A stretch of DNA of 64,000 nt from Fibrobacteria bacterium (GCA_050294405.1 JBNKOC010000012.1:320001-384000); one strand, 5' to 3'. Numbered from the stretch's first letter, positions 47,136 through 57,491 are shown. The notes: generated from the sequence alone by a model not told the origin. Made by a program: numbers and translations.

Positions 47136-47845
47136 TTATAACTGGCTACCGAAGGGTTTTGTTCCATTTTTTCTTCGTTCCACTGGTATCCAAAACCTGT
47201 AATGGTTTCAATACAATACCCATAGGGTTTGATTTTATTGCGTAATCGGGTAATAACAATATCCACTGCTCTATAGCTGGATTTTGTATTCATCCCCCAA
47301 CCTTTTTCCAAAAGGGTTTCCCGTGTCACTGTCTTATTCTTTTTTTCAATAAGGATTTGTAATACATTAAACTCTCGGGGAGTAAGGCTGATTCGCCGTC
47401 CGTCAATTTTAACTTGATGCCTTTCGGGGTGAATTTCAAATTGGGCAATACGATAGGGTGCATGCGAACCATAAGCTCTGTTAAGTAACGCAGCCACCCT
47501 TGCCAACAAAATTTTAAAGGAAAAAGGCTTTGTTAGATAATCGTCTCCACCAGCCTGAAATCCCCGCAACATATCTTCTTCAGTATTTTTTGCTGTGAGA
47601 AATATGATTGGAATATTGGAGAGGCGCTCGTCTTTTTTCATCTTCTTGCTAATATCCGTTCCCTGAAGTCCGGGCAACATGATATCGCAAATGACCAAAT
47701 CAATTGTTTCATCGTATAAAACAGAAAATGCCTGGGTAGAGTTTTTGGCTATGAAAACTTGAAAATCTTCGTTTTCAAAACGAAATTTTAACAATTCTAA
47801 AATATCTTCTTCGTCTTCTATTATTAAAATTGAGTTATTTGACAT
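47132..47845 (-). CDS. orphan OmpR/PhoB-family response regulator
   Basis: IEDE, ICDIMLPG, LTAK..GGDDYLTKPF, LTPREF, RAVDIVITRLR, ETITGFGY. Confidence 0.9.
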   Translation of the reverse strand: MSNNSILIIEDEEDILELLKFRFENEDFQVFIAKNSTQAFSVLYDETIDLVICDIMLPGLQGTDISKKMKKDERLSNIPIIFLTAKNTEEDMLRGFQAGGDDYLTKPFSFKILLARVAALLNRAYGSHAPYRIAQFEIHPERHQVKIDGRRISLTPREFNVLQILIEKKNKTVTRETLLEKGWGMNTKSSYRAVDIVITRLRNKIKPYGYCIETITGFGYQWNEEKMEQNPSVASYN

Positions 47846-47894
47846 AATTTAGCTGCTTTTTAATGAATCAATCAGACTAAGAATAGCATCCAAA

Positions 47895-47914
47895 CATTAG
47901 GATTATGTTAGGAT
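47895..47914 (-). promoter_or_regulatory. Pho-box-like 11-bp repeat upstream of the orphan regulator
   Basis: Minus strand ATCCTAACAT-A-ATCCTAATG. Same core as TCCTAACA/TTCTAACA before the porin and pstS. Confidence 0.5.
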
Positions 47915-48002
47915 GTGGTATTTATTTCAAATTCCCATAAATTTTATTGCATTGTCCCAAAAGCATTTAGTTATCGGTACCTCAAGCTTATGTTTCAAAC
48001 AG

Positions 48003-48041
48003 GAAACTTTTCTGATACCAATTGGAAACAGAATTGAAACA
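48003..48041 (+). promoter_or_regulatory. four 11-bp-spaced direct repeats upstream of the TonB operon
   Basis: GAAACT, GATACC, GAAACA, GAAACA at 48003, 48014, 48025, 48036. Confidence 0.55.
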
Positions 48042-48064
48042 TAAGGGGAGTTAATTTTGTTGGA

Positions 48065-48880
48065 ATGAAAAAGTTAATCTTAATGTCCGCTATTCTGCTT
48101 ATTGGAAAATACGGCTTTTCAGAGACTGAAAAATCTGTGAAGCTGGAAATAGAACAATTGCAGGAAAAAATAAAAGAAGAACGGCTCAAATGGGCCGGAG
48201 AAAAATCCGCTAGTGAAAAAGATGAGAAAAAAAGGATTAGCCAATTGGCCGATCTGGAAAGTCAGAAATTGGAATTCAAAGATAAGATTTCCGGATCGGA
48301 GTTGGAAATTGAGCATTTGTTAAATGAAATCGAAAAGGCTAAATCCAAGACCAAGAGGTTGGAAACATCCTTTGAATTCTATAACAAAATTGTGTTAGAA
48401 GAAGCCGGGGCTTTAAAAGACGCCATTGCTAATTCTATTCCAGTGCAGCTCAGTTCCCGAATGGAAAAAATAAACACTCTAATTCTTGATTTGAAAAAAA
48501 ACAAAATTAATCCTGAAGAGGCTTTAACCAGGTTGTGGGGGATCTATAGTTCGGAAGAACAAATGGCAAGTGAGGCTTTGGTATATTCCGGAAAAATAAA
48601 AGACGGTTCAGGAACCGAAGTTCCCGTAAAATATTTAAGGGTAGGAAAACAAATAGCTATGTATAGTAATGCCTCTGGAATTCATGTGGGAGTTTTGCGG
48701 AAAATAAAAAGCGGCGAGTGGAAGTGGCTGGATGAAAATGAACTTGATTCGGATGAAAGAAAGGCCGTGAAAAAAGCCGTGGAAGTGGCGGATGGAAAAG
48801 CCCTTCCCGGATTTACCTCAATACCACTGTTGGCGGAAAGTTTGGAGTTAATTGGGGATGAGGAGAATAAAAATGAATAA
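48065..48880 (+). CDS. DUF3450-like coiled-coil periplasmic protein of TonB systems
   Basis: Signal peptide, coiled coil, SIPV..SR, YLRVGK. First gene before exbB/exbB/exbD/tonB. Confidence 0.7.
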   Translation: MKKLILMSAILLIGKYGFSETEKSVKLEIEQLQEKIKEERLKWAGEKSASEKDEKKRISQLADLESQKLEFKDKISGSELEIEHLLNEIEKAKSKTKRLETSFEFYNKIVLEEAGALKDAIANSIPVQLSSRMEKINTLILDLKKNKINPEEALTRLWGIYSSEEQMASEALVYSGKIKDGSGTEVPVKYLRVGKQIAMYSNASGIHVGVLRKIKSGEWKWLDENELDSDERKAVKKAVEVADGKALPGFTSIPLLAESLELIGDEENKNE

Positions 48881-50492
48881 GATAGTAACATCCCTATTTG
48901 TTTTATGCCTTTTAGTTTTTGGTTTTTCTGAAGACAGGCGTCGGGAAGAATTTAAGGAACAGCAGGCTTTAAATAAGCTCATTCTCCAAAGAAATGATCT
49001 GCAAAGGGAATTGGACGAGTTGAGAATTAATCGATGGCAGGATAAAAGAAACGCCATAGTTAAAAAACAAACTTTTAAAGAAGCCTGGGATAAGGCTCAG
49101 TTTGAAATGGACAAGTTGGACAGGCAAATGTCCCAGAAAAATGAGACTGTTCTCAGCTTAAAAAACCAGCACAAAGAGGCCTTTTCCCAGTTGGACCTGG
49201 TAAAAAGCAGAACCCGGGAATTCGGAATTCAAATTTCGGAATTGTTGGAGAATTGGAAAGCGGAAAGAGAGTATGGTTTTCCCGAAGCCAGAAATAAAAT
49301 AATAGCGAATCTTTCTGAAATCCAAAAAAATTTGGAATCTTCAGATTTTACCGCCAATATGGCTGATGTGCATAAATTGTTTGCCGCGAGAAATGAAGAT
49401 TTAAAAATGTCTCAGTCCTCAGAGATAAAGCGCACCCAATTCACTTTTTTAAATGCGGGCAGAGATTCTTCCACTGTAGCTGGAATTAACGTTCCTAAAA
49501 TTGAAGCGGGTTATGAAATAAGATTGGGAAACATATACAAAGCATTTGTTAGCACGGAATCGGGTCATTCTGCTATTCTGGGTAAAAGCGGAAACATTGG
49601 TGAGAACAGTTGGGTGTGGCTGGAAAATTTAAACCAGGATGTAAAAGACAGGTTTGTCCAGCTAAAACAGGATATATCGGGTTTCCAAAGCGGTGAGTCA
49701 CCTGTAAATACAATTTACTTTGTACCCATAGATGTTCAATTGAAAAATTCCATTGGAGAAGGTTATGTGGCTAATGAGCGTCTGGGGTTTTTAAAGGAAC
49801 TCAAGGAAGAATTGATTGGTGTCGGCTTTGTTTTATGGATATTGATTCCCATCATCATTATAGGATTGTTTAGCGTCACCCGAAAATTGGTGGTGTTTAT
49901 CAGTAAAGGGCTTTACAGCTCGGAGCGCCTTGGAGACAGGGTTATCAACTTGTGCCTGGAAGGCAAATATTTTGCGGCGAAAAATTTATGCAAAAACAAA
50001 AACAGCTCTTTGGCCCGTGTATTAAAGGCCATAATTGTGAAAAGGGATTTGGGGCGTGGAAAAGTTGAAGATGTTACTTATGAAATAATGCTTCACGAAT
50101 CCGCAACCATAGAAAAAAATATAGGAACCATTAACATCATGGCGGCAGCAGCTCCCTTGATTGGATTGTTGGGTACTGTTTCCGGTATGGTTAACCTTTT
50201 CTCTGCAATCACACTTCACGGCACGAGCGACCCTAAAGTTATGGCTTCCGGCATATCTGAGGCCCTGCTTTCCACAAAATGGGGTCTGTTGGCAGCTATT
50301 CCATTGTTGCTGTTGTACAACTGGGTAAGTAATAACTCTCAAAAAATGATTTCGGACATGGAGAAATACTCCACAAGGCTTATTAATGTATTGTATACAT
50401 ATGCCGGAGCGGATAGGGAAAATGAAATGAAAGAACTCCACGCTGATGAATTAAACAATCAGGTTGAGGTGGCGGAGAAAGTGGATGCTTGA
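48873..50492 (+). CDS. long MotA/TolQ/ExbB protein with periplasmic coiled-coil N-terminus (TtpC-like)
   Basis: C-terminal AAAAPLIGLLGTVSGM..GISEALLST.WGL..AIP. N-terminal signal peptide and coiled coil. Confidence 0.85.
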   Translation: MNKIVTSLFVLCLLVFGFSEDRRREEFKEQQALNKLILQRNDLQRELDELRINRWQDKRNAIVKKQTFKEAWDKAQFEMDKLDRQMSQKNETVLSLKNQHKEAFSQLDLVKSRTREFGIQISELLENWKAEREYGFPEARNKIIANLSEIQKNLESSDFTANMADVHKLFAARNEDLKMSQSSEIKRTQFTFLNAGRDSSTVAGINVPKIEAGYEIRLGNIYKAFVSTESGHSAILGKSGNIGENSWVWLENLNQDVKDRFVQLKQDISGFQSGESPVNTIYFVPIDVQLKNSIGEGYVANERLGFLKELKEELIGVGFVLWILIPIIIIGLFSVTRKLVVFISKGLYSSERLGDRVINLCLEGKYFAAKNLCKNKNSSLARVLKAIIVKRDLGRGKVEDVTYEIMLHESATIEKNIGTINIMAAAAPLIGLLGTVSGMVNLFSAITLHGTSDPKVMASGISEALLSTKWGLLAAIPLLLLYNWVSNNSQKMISDMEKYSTRLINVLYTYAGADRENEMKELHADELNNQVEVAEKVDA

Positions 50493-51105
50493 TTATATTA
50501 TTGAGGAAATTGCCAAAGGTGGCTGGGTTATACTTCCTTTATTTGTGGTTTCTGTCCTTGGCTGGGTCATTTCCTTTCAATGTATATTTAGGGTTTGGAG
50601 AAGAGAGCTTCCATTTAAATATCTTACCAAGAGAATCCGCTATCCGAAAACTTTGATAAACTGGTTAAGCAATTTAAACCCCAAAGAGAAAAGATCTTTT
50701 TCCGCCAGAGTACTGTTAAATGTGTTTCGGGCTAAGGCATTCGGGCAAAATGGGATGTTGGAAGCTTTGGATGAACAGATGAAGGCCACTGTTCCCGAAA
50801 TGGAGAAAGGCCTTGAAACTCTAAGAATATTAGCAGCCGCCGCTCCCCTTTTGGGGTTATTGGGAACTGTAATAGGTATGATTGATACCTTTAACGTATT
50901 GAGTGTTTTTGGCACTAATAACCCTGTGCTTATGGCCGACAGCATTTCCGTGGCCCTGGTAACCACCCAAAACGGGTTAATTGTAGCTATTCCTTTTATG
51001 TTAGTGCATATATTTTTAACAAACAGAATTTATAAAATTGAAAATGAAATAAACAAAGCATCGCACAGGATGATAAATTATTTAACCGAAACCAGTCAGT
51101 CATGA
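50485..51105 (+). CDS. exbB: MotA/TolQ/ExbB proton channel protein
   Basis: GGWVILPL, APLLGLLGTVIGMIDTF, ISVALVTTQNGLIVAIP. Confidence 0.9.
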   Translation: MLDYIIEEIAKGGWVILPLFVVSVLGWVISFQCIFRVWRRELPFKYLTKRIRYPKTLINWLSNLNPKEKRSFSARVLLNVFRAKAFGQNGMLEALDEQMKATVPEMEKGLETLRILAAAAPLLGLLGTVIGMIDTFNVLSVFGTNNPVLMADSISVALVTTQNGLIVAIPFMLVHIFLTNRIYKIENEINKASHRMINYLTETSQS

Positions 51106-51506
51106 TTCCAAGAGTAAGTAAAAAAGAAAGAAAAGATGTTGAAATCGCCATAGTTAACATGGTGGATGTGGTGTTTGTATTGGTAATATTTTTTGTACTA
51201 ACCACTACCTTTACTAAGGAAACAGGTATAGATATCAACAAACCAAAAGCGAGTAGTTCCAAGCAATTGGCTAAAAGACCTATCATTATAGGTGTTTCGA
51301 GAACTGGAGAAATACATGTAAATGATAGGCAAGTCGATTTTTCCATATTAAGAAGCCTGCTTAAACGCAGTGCCCTGGAGGATAGTAATCCCACAGTGGT
51401 GATTCAATCCGACAAGCAGGCGGAAATGGGAGTGGTTGTTAAAATACTTGATGTATGCAATGAATTGGGGATTAAAAATTCCTCAGTATCCACTGAAGCG
51501 GGATGA
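51102..51506 (+). CDS. exbD: biopolymer transporter ExbD
   Basis: NMVDVVFVLVIFFVLTTTF, VVIQSDK. Confidence 0.92.
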   Translation: MIPRVSKKERKDVEIAIVNMVDVVFVLVIFFVLTTTFTKETGIDINKPKASSSKQLAKRPIIIGVSRTGEIHVNDRQVDFSILRSLLKRSALEDSNPTVVIQSDKQAEMGVVVKILDVCNELGIKNSSVSTEAG

Positions 51507-52120
51507 TTAAATCCTTTTTTAAAATTGCTATTGTGGTTTTTGGTTCCTTTGGAATCAGTGTGGCCCTTTTTGTATCCATTCCCATTTCCAACTATTTCAA
51601 TCTTAAAAAAGCTGAACTATACGAAAAAGAAGAACTTCCTATTCATGCGGTTCAAAAAAAGGTCAAGCTTCAAAAAAAGAAACCGCCACCGAAAAGAAAT
51701 AGGCCAAAACCAAGCTCAAATAAAAAGTTAAGCAGTACATTAAAACTCAATCGGACTAAGCTTTCCATGGACTTAAGCCATCAGGCGGCAAATGGAATGG
51801 GCATTGGTTCTGCGAATCTTTCTGAGGGTTTAATTGGGGATGAAGGAAGTCAGGGACTGATTTATCCATCTATTATCAGACCGGTTGCTATGCCTAAATA
51901 CCCTGACAAAGCCAGAGATGCTGGCATATCCGGTTTGGTAGTATGTGAAATCGAAGTAGATATATCCGGAAATATTTCCAATTGGGAGATAATAGACAGC
52001 CCTGGCAATTATGGCTTTAGAGAGGAAATTGCCTTAGCCTTAAAAGATTGGAAATTTACTCCTGGGAGTCTTAACGGAATTCCCGTTTCCATGAAAGTGC
52101 GCCAACCTTTCGAATTTTAA
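51503..52120 (+). CDS. tonB: TonB energy transducer
   Basis: N-terminal TM, Pro/Lys-rich linker, PKYPDKARDAGISG.V, WKFTPG..NG.PV. Confidence 0.85.
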   Translation: MIKSFFKIAIVVFGSFGISVALFVSIPISNYFNLKKAELYEKEELPIHAVQKKVKLQKKKPPPKRNRPKPSSNKKLSSTLKLNRTKLSMDLSHQAANGMGIGSANLSEGLIGDEGSQGLIYPSIIRPVAMPKYPDKARDAGISGLVVCEIEVDISGNISNWEIIDSPGNYGFREEIALALKDWKFTPGSLNGIPVSMKVRQPFEF

Positions 52121-52237
52121 GCCACCCTAATTTTTTTCAGCGCTTCAAAGCTTGTTTTTTGAAGGGCTTTTTGCTTTAACTCACTAATTTTTAAGGATTT
52201 ATGCTGGTTAGAACTGCTGTTGGGTCCAACTTTTTTG

Positions 52238-52282
52238 TAACAGTTTTTAACAAAATTTCATTTTCCACACAAAATCCTAACA
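52238..52282 (+). promoter_or_regulatory. TAACA repeats (Pho-box-like) upstream of the porin-pst operon
   Basis: TAACA at 52238, 52248 and 52278. Confidence 0.45.
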
Positions 52283-52333
52283 ATTCATTTTCATTTTGAT
52301 TTCAAAACGATTTAAAACCTTAAAGGAGTTAAA

Positions 52334-53398
52334 ATGAAATTAAAAATTGCTGGTATTTTATCCCTGGCCTTTTTAACCTGGGCTCATTCTAATGAATCCG
52401 TAAAATTAAGCGGTAGCTTGCGCTTTCGCCATGAAGGCATATTTGTGGAGGATAAAGATGGCCGCAATCGCGAAAGAATTCAGGCCAAGCTGGCTGTGGA
52501 AGGAAAAGTGGCAGAGAGCGCCAAAGTAAAAATTGGGTTGGCTTCTGGTTCTGCCGATCCTGTTTCTACTAACCAAACATTGGGCAGTGGTTGGTCCTCA
52601 AAATCCATTTGGTTGGATATTGCTTATTTGACTTATTCACCTAGCTATGCAAAAGGTTTGAGCCTTAGTTTGGGTAAATTGAAAATGCCTTTTCATACAC
52701 CCAGTGGAGCAAAATTGGTTTGGGACGGCGATGTTACGCCCGAAGGCGCTTTGCTTTCCTATGAAAAGGAAGGGGAAGGAAAGTTTTTACCCTTTATTTC
52801 TGTAGGCCATTTTTGGTTATCTGAAATAAAAGACGACTATGATCCTATGTTAATCAGTGCGCAAGCCGGAGCTTCCATAGATATGGGTCCAGTTTCTGCA
52901 GATCTTGGCGCAGGACTCTACAGTTACCAAAATCTTTTAGGTGCTGCAGCCCTTTATGATGGTGATTTTTTTGGTAATTCAGGGGATTCTACAGGATACA
53001 CGGAAGAATATATGCCCATTGAAGTTTACGCAAATCTAAAAACAAAATTTGGAAAATTTCCAGCATCCCTTAGCGGTCATTTTGTAACCAATCCTCTTGT
53101 AGATGAAGATGGAATGGGTTTTATGGCAGGGTTCCAATTGGGAAAAGCCAAAGATCCTCAAAGTTGGAGTTTGGGTTATTCCTATAAAATGCTTCAAAAA
53201 GACGCTGTTTTAGCAGTATTTGCCGATTCTGATTTCGGTGGCGGTGGAACAGATAATATGGGTTCTGTTGTTAGCGCCCAATATGTAATGCTTAAAAACA
53301 CCACCTTAGCCGGAACTTACTTTTTTAACGAATTAGGGGCCGATGGCGGGGATTTGTACCAGAGATTTCAATTAGATATCAAAATGAAGTTTAAATAG
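52334..53398 (+). CDS. putative outer-membrane porin (Porin_5-like) heading the pst operon
   Basis: SGSLRFRHE, RNRERI, DPVSTNQTL, LVWDGDVTPEG, DSDFGGGGTD, RFQLDIKMKF. Confidence 0.82.
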   Translation: MKLKIAGILSLAFLTWAHSNESVKLSGSLRFRHEGIFVEDKDGRNRERIQAKLAVEGKVAESAKVKIGLASGSADPVSTNQTLGSGWSSKSIWLDIAYLTYSPSYAKGLSLSLGKLKMPFHTPSGAKLVWDGDVTPEGALLSYEKEGEGKFLPFISVGHFWLSEIKDDYDPMLISAQAGASIDMGPVSADLGAGLYSYQNLLGAAALYDGDFFGNSGDSTGYTEEYMPIEVYANLKTKFGKFPASLSGHFVTNPLVDEDGMGFMAGFQLGKAKDPQSWSLGYSYKMLQKDAVLAVFADSDFGGGGTDNMGSVVSAQYVMLKNTTLAGTYFFNELGADGGDLYQRFQLDIKMKFK

Positions 53399-53403
53399 GG
53401 TTT

Positions 53404-53435
53404 TCTAACAATTCTCTAACAATCACTTTATAACA
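53404..53435 (+). promoter_or_regulatory. Pho-box-like repeats upstream of pstS
   Basis: TCTAACAATTC-TCTAACAATC (11-bp period) plus TATAACA. Confidence 0.6.
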
Positions 53436-53461
53436 TTAAATTGAAACATAAAGGAGAAAAC

Positions 53462-54322
53462 ATGAATTTAAAAATTAAATCAAGCCTGGTTGCTGTGAGC
53501 CTTATTGCCGGACTTTCTTTTGCTGGAAATCAATCCATCAGTATCAAAGGCTCAGACACTATGGTTCACTTGGTTAGCACCTGGGCTGAAAAATATATGG
53601 CTTCCCATAAAGATGTGGAAATATCTGTTACAGGCGGCGGATCTGGAACAGGGATTGCCGCATTGTTGAATGGAACCACAGATATTTGCGCAGCATCCAG
53701 AAAAATTAAAGGAAAAGAATTAAAGCTGGCTGAAAAGAAAAACATCACCCCAGTGGAGCATATTGTCGGTAAAGATGGTATCGCTGTTGTTGTAAACCCT
53801 AAAAATCCAGTTTCTGAATTGGAAATAGAGCAAATTGGAAAAATTTACAGAGGGGAAATCACCAATTGGAAACAAGTTGGCGGACCAGATAAGGCTATTG
53901 TGGTTCTTTCCAGAGAGTCCAGTTCAGGAACCTATGTATTCTTTCAGGAACATGTGTTAATGAAAAAAGATTACACTCCTAAAGCCAGGTTAATGCCCGC
54001 TACTTCAGCAATTGTTCAAGCTGTCTCCACAGACCCCTATTCAATAGGCTATGTTGGACTTGGCTACGCTGAAAAAGCAGCAGATAAAATTAAAGCCCTC
54101 AAAGTAAAAGCCGATGCCAATTCTCCAGCAGTTGCTCCTTCTGTTGCCACTGTTGTTGATGGAAGTTATTCCATTAGCCGTGCATTGCAACTTTACACCA
54201 ATGGCGAGCCCAAAGGAGCTGTTAAAAGCTTTATGGAATATGCCAAGGCGGCTGAAGGACAAAAGGTTGTGGAAGAAACAGGCTATGTTCCTTTAATTAA
54301 AGAAGAAGTTTCTAAAAAATAA
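53462..54322 (+). CDS. pstS: phosphate ABC transporter substrate-binding protein
   Basis: KGSDTM, GGGSGTG, ASR, RESSSGT, IGYVG. AAGGAG RBS before ATG 53462. Confidence 0.95.
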   Translation: MNLKIKSSLVAVSLIAGLSFAGNQSISIKGSDTMVHLVSTWAEKYMASHKDVEISVTGGGSGTGIAALLNGTTDICAASRKIKGKELKLAEKKNITPVEHIVGKDGIAVVVNPKNPVSELEIEQIGKIYRGEITNWKQVGGPDKAIVVLSRESSSGTYVFFQEHVLMKKDYTPKARLMPATSAIVQAVSTDPYSIGYVGLGYAEKAADKIKALKVKADANSPAVAPSVATVVDGSYSISRALQLYTNGEPKGAVKSFMEYAKAAEGQKVVEETGYVPLIKEEVSKK

Positions 54323-54324
54323 CT

Positions 54325-55197
54325 ATGAAGCTTCGGGAAAAAATTGTTAAGTACCTGCTGGCCAGTGCGGCCAGCAGCAGTATTTTAATTGTCGTAATGA
54401 TTTTTTTGTTTTTAGCAAAAGAATCATTAACATTTATAGAAGAACCTGGAATTCTCGCCCTGTTCAATTCCAAATGGAATCCGGTTTCCTTTTTTAACGA
54501 ATCCTTTGGCATATACCCTCTTATTACCGGAACTTTAGTTGTTACTTTTTTCGCCACCATAATTGCAGTACCCTTCGGTGTTATTCTTGCCGTATATATG
54601 GCCGAAGTAGCCAACCCAAAAGAATCTGCTTTGCTAAAACCCTTTGTTGAGCTCCTGGCTGGTTTGCCGTCCGTGGTGCTGGGTTTTTTTGGATTGGTCG
54701 TAGTTGCTCCATTTATAAAAGAGCTTTTTAACCTGGGATCGGGTTTAAATGCCCTCACTGGAGCGGTTTTATTGGCTATGATGGCAGTACCAACTATAAC
54801 ATCTATTTCTGAAGATGCATTAAGAAGCGTGCCGGCCAGCTACAAACAAGCTTCTTTAGCGTTAGGGGCCTCAAAACTGCAAACGGTTTGGAAGGTTATT
54901 GTTCCCGCTGCTATGTCGGGTATCATCGCATCTATTATGTTAGGGATGGGACGTGTTATTGGTGAGACTATGGCTGTGCTAATGGTTACAGGAAATGCTC
55001 CACTTTTAACACTGAACCCCCTTGAGTCTGTTCGAACTATGACGGCCACTATTGCCGGAGAAATGGGCGAGGTTTCCCATGGTGACTCCCATTATTCCGC
55101 TTTGTTTTGGGTAGGCTTGGTGCTTTTGCTATTTACCTTTATTTTGGTATACATCAGTCATAGAGTCCTTAAAAAATACGAGTTGAAGCAACAATGA
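54325..55197 (+). CDS. pstC: phosphate ABC transporter permease
   Basis: ELLAGLPSVVLG, RVIGETMAV. Confidence 0.95.
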   Translation: MKLREKIVKYLLASAASSSILIVVMIFLFLAKESLTFIEEPGILALFNSKWNPVSFFNESFGIYPLITGTLVVTFFATIIAVPFGVILAVYMAEVANPKESALLKPFVELLAGLPSVVLGFFGLVVVAPFIKELFNLGSGLNALTGAVLLAMMAVPTITSISEDALRSVPASYKQASLALGASKLQTVWKVIVPAAMSGIIASIMLGMGRVIGETMAVLMVTGNAPLLTLNPLESVRTMTATIAGEMGEVSHGDSHYSALFWVGLVLLLFTFILVYISHRVLKKYELKQQ

Positions 55198-56042
55198 AGT
55201 CAAATGCTGATTTAGTTTGGATATGGGGCATGCGCCTTATCTCTTACTCTGTAGTAATTGTAATTGCTTACATATTAATCGACATTGTCTGGCATGGATT
55301 TCCTGTTTTATCCTGGGAGTTTTTAACAGATTTTCCCAGACAAAGCGGCGCGGAAGGCGGAATTTTACCCGCCATTGTGGGAACCCTTTTGTTAGTAATG
55401 GGAACCATATTTTTCGCCCTTCCTCTCGGAATGGCTGCCGCTATTTTTTTAACAGAATATGCCAAACCTGGCAAGGCCAATGACTTTTTGCGTCTGGCCA
55501 TTGTTACATTAGCTGGCATTCCTTCTATCGTTTATGGCTTATTTGGATTAGGCCTCTTTGTTTTATTTTTAAATATGGGAGCCTCTTTGATAGCGGGCAG
55601 TCTTACCCTGGCCTGCATGGTGCTTCCAACCATTATTGTGACCAGTGAAGAGGCTCTTAAGGCGGTGCCAAAAAGTTTGAGAGAGGGGAGCCTTGCTCTT
55701 GGGGCTACCAAATGGCAGACCATATCCAGAAATGTATTGCCCTATGCGACTCCCGGGATGTTAACAGGTTCCATTTTAGCCATTGGCAGGGCAGCAGGAG
55801 AAACAGCTCCCATTCTATTGACCGCAGCGGCTTTTTTCCTCCCAAAATTACCCAACTCCATTTTTGATCAAGTTATGGCTTTGCCCTATCATTTATATGT
55901 ATTGGCAACTCAACATCCTGATTTGGAAAAGGTAAGGCCACTTCAATACGGCACAGCTCTGGTTTTGTTATTATTAGTTCTTGGAGTAAATTCCTTGGCT
56001 ATTTATTTGCGATTAGTGATTCGCAAGAAATTTCGGTGGTAA
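55194..56042 (+). CDS. pstA: phosphate ABC transporter permease
   Basis: GGILPAIVGT, LAGIPSIVYGLFG, RAAGETAP. Confidence 0.95.
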   Translation: MKSNADLVWIWGMRLISYSVVIVIAYILIDIVWHGFPVLSWEFLTDFPRQSGAEGGILPAIVGTLLLVMGTIFFALPLGMAAAIFLTEYAKPGKANDFLRLAIVTLAGIPSIVYGLFGLGLFVLFLNMGASLIAGSLTLACMVLPTIIVTSEEALKAVPKSLREGSLALGATKWQTISRNVLPYATPGMLTGSILAIGRAAGETAPILLTAAAFFLPKLPNSIFDQVMALPYHLYVLATQHPDLEKVRPLQYGTALVLLLLVLGVNSLAIYLRLVIRKKFRW

Positions 56043-56045
56043 TTC

Positions 56046-56813
56046 ATGAATTCTGAAAGCTCTAAAATTAGTGTCAGCAATCTAAACTTCTATTACAATA
56101 CAGACAGCCAAGCTTTGTTTAATATAAACATGGACGTGGCCGCCAATAAAGTTCTGGCCTTAATTGGGCCATCTGGTTGCGGTAAATCAACATTTTTGCG
56201 GACGTTAAATCGCATGAATGATATTATTGACAATACACGGGTTGAAGGTCAGATTAAATTAGATGGCGTTGATATTTATTCTCAAATGAAAAATGTAGTG
56301 GATTTAAGGAAAAAAGTGGGCATGGTCTTCCAAAAATCTAATCCTTTTCCCAAATCCATATTTGATAACATCGCCTATGGCCCCAGAATTCATGGCATAA
56401 AAAGCAAAACAGATTTGGAAGGTATTGTAGAGCAGAGTTTAAAAAAAGCTTCTCTATGGGATGAAGTTCAGGACAGAATACATCAAAATGCCTTTAGCCT
56501 TTCCGGCGGACAGCAGCAAAGGTTATGCATAGCCAGAACTTTAGCCATTAATCCTGAAGTAGTGCTTATGGATGAACCTACCAGTGCCTTAGACCCTCGC
56601 TCTACGGCGCGTATTGAAGATTTAATTCGGGATTTATCCCAGGATTACACTATTGTTATTGTGACCCATAACATGCAACAGGCCGCCCGGGTATCGGACT
56701 CCACGGCCTTTTTCTATGAAGGAGAGTTGATAGAGTTTGGGGAAACCCAAAGCCTATTTACTAATCCGGAAAAAAAACAAACAGAAGATTACATTACAGG
56801 ACGGTTTGGCTAG
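56046..56813 (+). CDS. pstB: phosphate ABC transporter ATPase
   Basis: [38 protein letters not shown]. Confidence 0.97.
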   Translation: MNSESSKISVSNLNFYYNTDSQALFNINMDVAANKVLALIGPSGCGKSTFLRTLNRMNDIIDNTRVEGQIKLDGVDIYSQMKNVVDLRKKVGMVFQKSNPFPKSIFDNIAYGPRIHGIKSKTDLEGIVEQSLKKASLWDEVQDRIHQNAFSLSGGQQQRLCIARTLAINPEVVLMDEPTSALDPRSTARIEDLIRDLSQDYTIVIVTHNMQQAARVSDSTAFFYEGELIEFGETQSLFTNPEKKQTEDYITGRFG

Positions 56814-56825
56814 GAGGCCTTAGAA

Positions 56826-57491
56826 ATGAGTGTTCATTTGCAAAGGGATATTCAAGATTTAAAAATTAACCTTGTTTCAATTTGTACAAGTGTGGAAGAA
56901 AACCTCACTCGGGCTATAACCAGCCTGGAAAATAAAAATGAGAAAGAAGCCGCTAAGGTTGTAGAGGTGGAAAAAAAAATAGACTCCATGGAAATTGAAA
57001 TCGAAGAAGAATGCCTCAAAATTTTGGCTTTGCACCAGCCTGTAGCCAGCGATTTGCGCTTTGTAATATCAGCCTTAAAGATTAACAATGATTTGGAAAG
57101 AATCGGAGATATGGCTTTGCACATAGTAGAGAGGTTTTTATCCCTGGACTCTCAGGTGGCAAATCCGAAATTCCCAAAGCTCATTCAAATAGCCGAAGAG
57201 GTTCGGCAGATGCTTCGCACCAGTTTGGATTCTTTGATATATATGGACGTTAACATGGCAAAAACTGTTTGGGAGCAGGATAAAAGAGTAGACGCCTTTC
57301 ACGATGACTTTTTTAAGGAAATGAAGCGGGAGATTAAAGATTCTCCTGATTATGTGAACACCTGGATGAACCTTTTATTTATTTCCAAGCAGTTAGAACG
57401 CATTGGCGATCATGCTACCAATATTGCCGAAGATGTTATTTATCTAATTGAAGGTAATATCGTTCGCCACGGTGGGTTAGAAAAAAAATAA
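56826..57491 (+). CDS. phoU: phosphate signalling complex protein PhoU
   Basis: QPVASDLR, DLERIGD, LERIGDHATNIAE. Confidence 0.95.
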   Translation: MSVHLQRDIQDLKINLVSICTSVEENLTRAITSLENKNEKEAAKVVEVEKKIDSMEIEIEEECLKILALHQPVASDLRFVISALKINNDLERIGDMALHIVERFLSLDSQVANPKFPKLIQIAEEVRQMLRTSLDSLIYMDVNMAKTVWEQDKRVDAFHDDFFKEMKREIKDSPDYVNTWMNLLFISKQLERIGDHATNIAEDVIYLIEGNIVRHGGLEKK

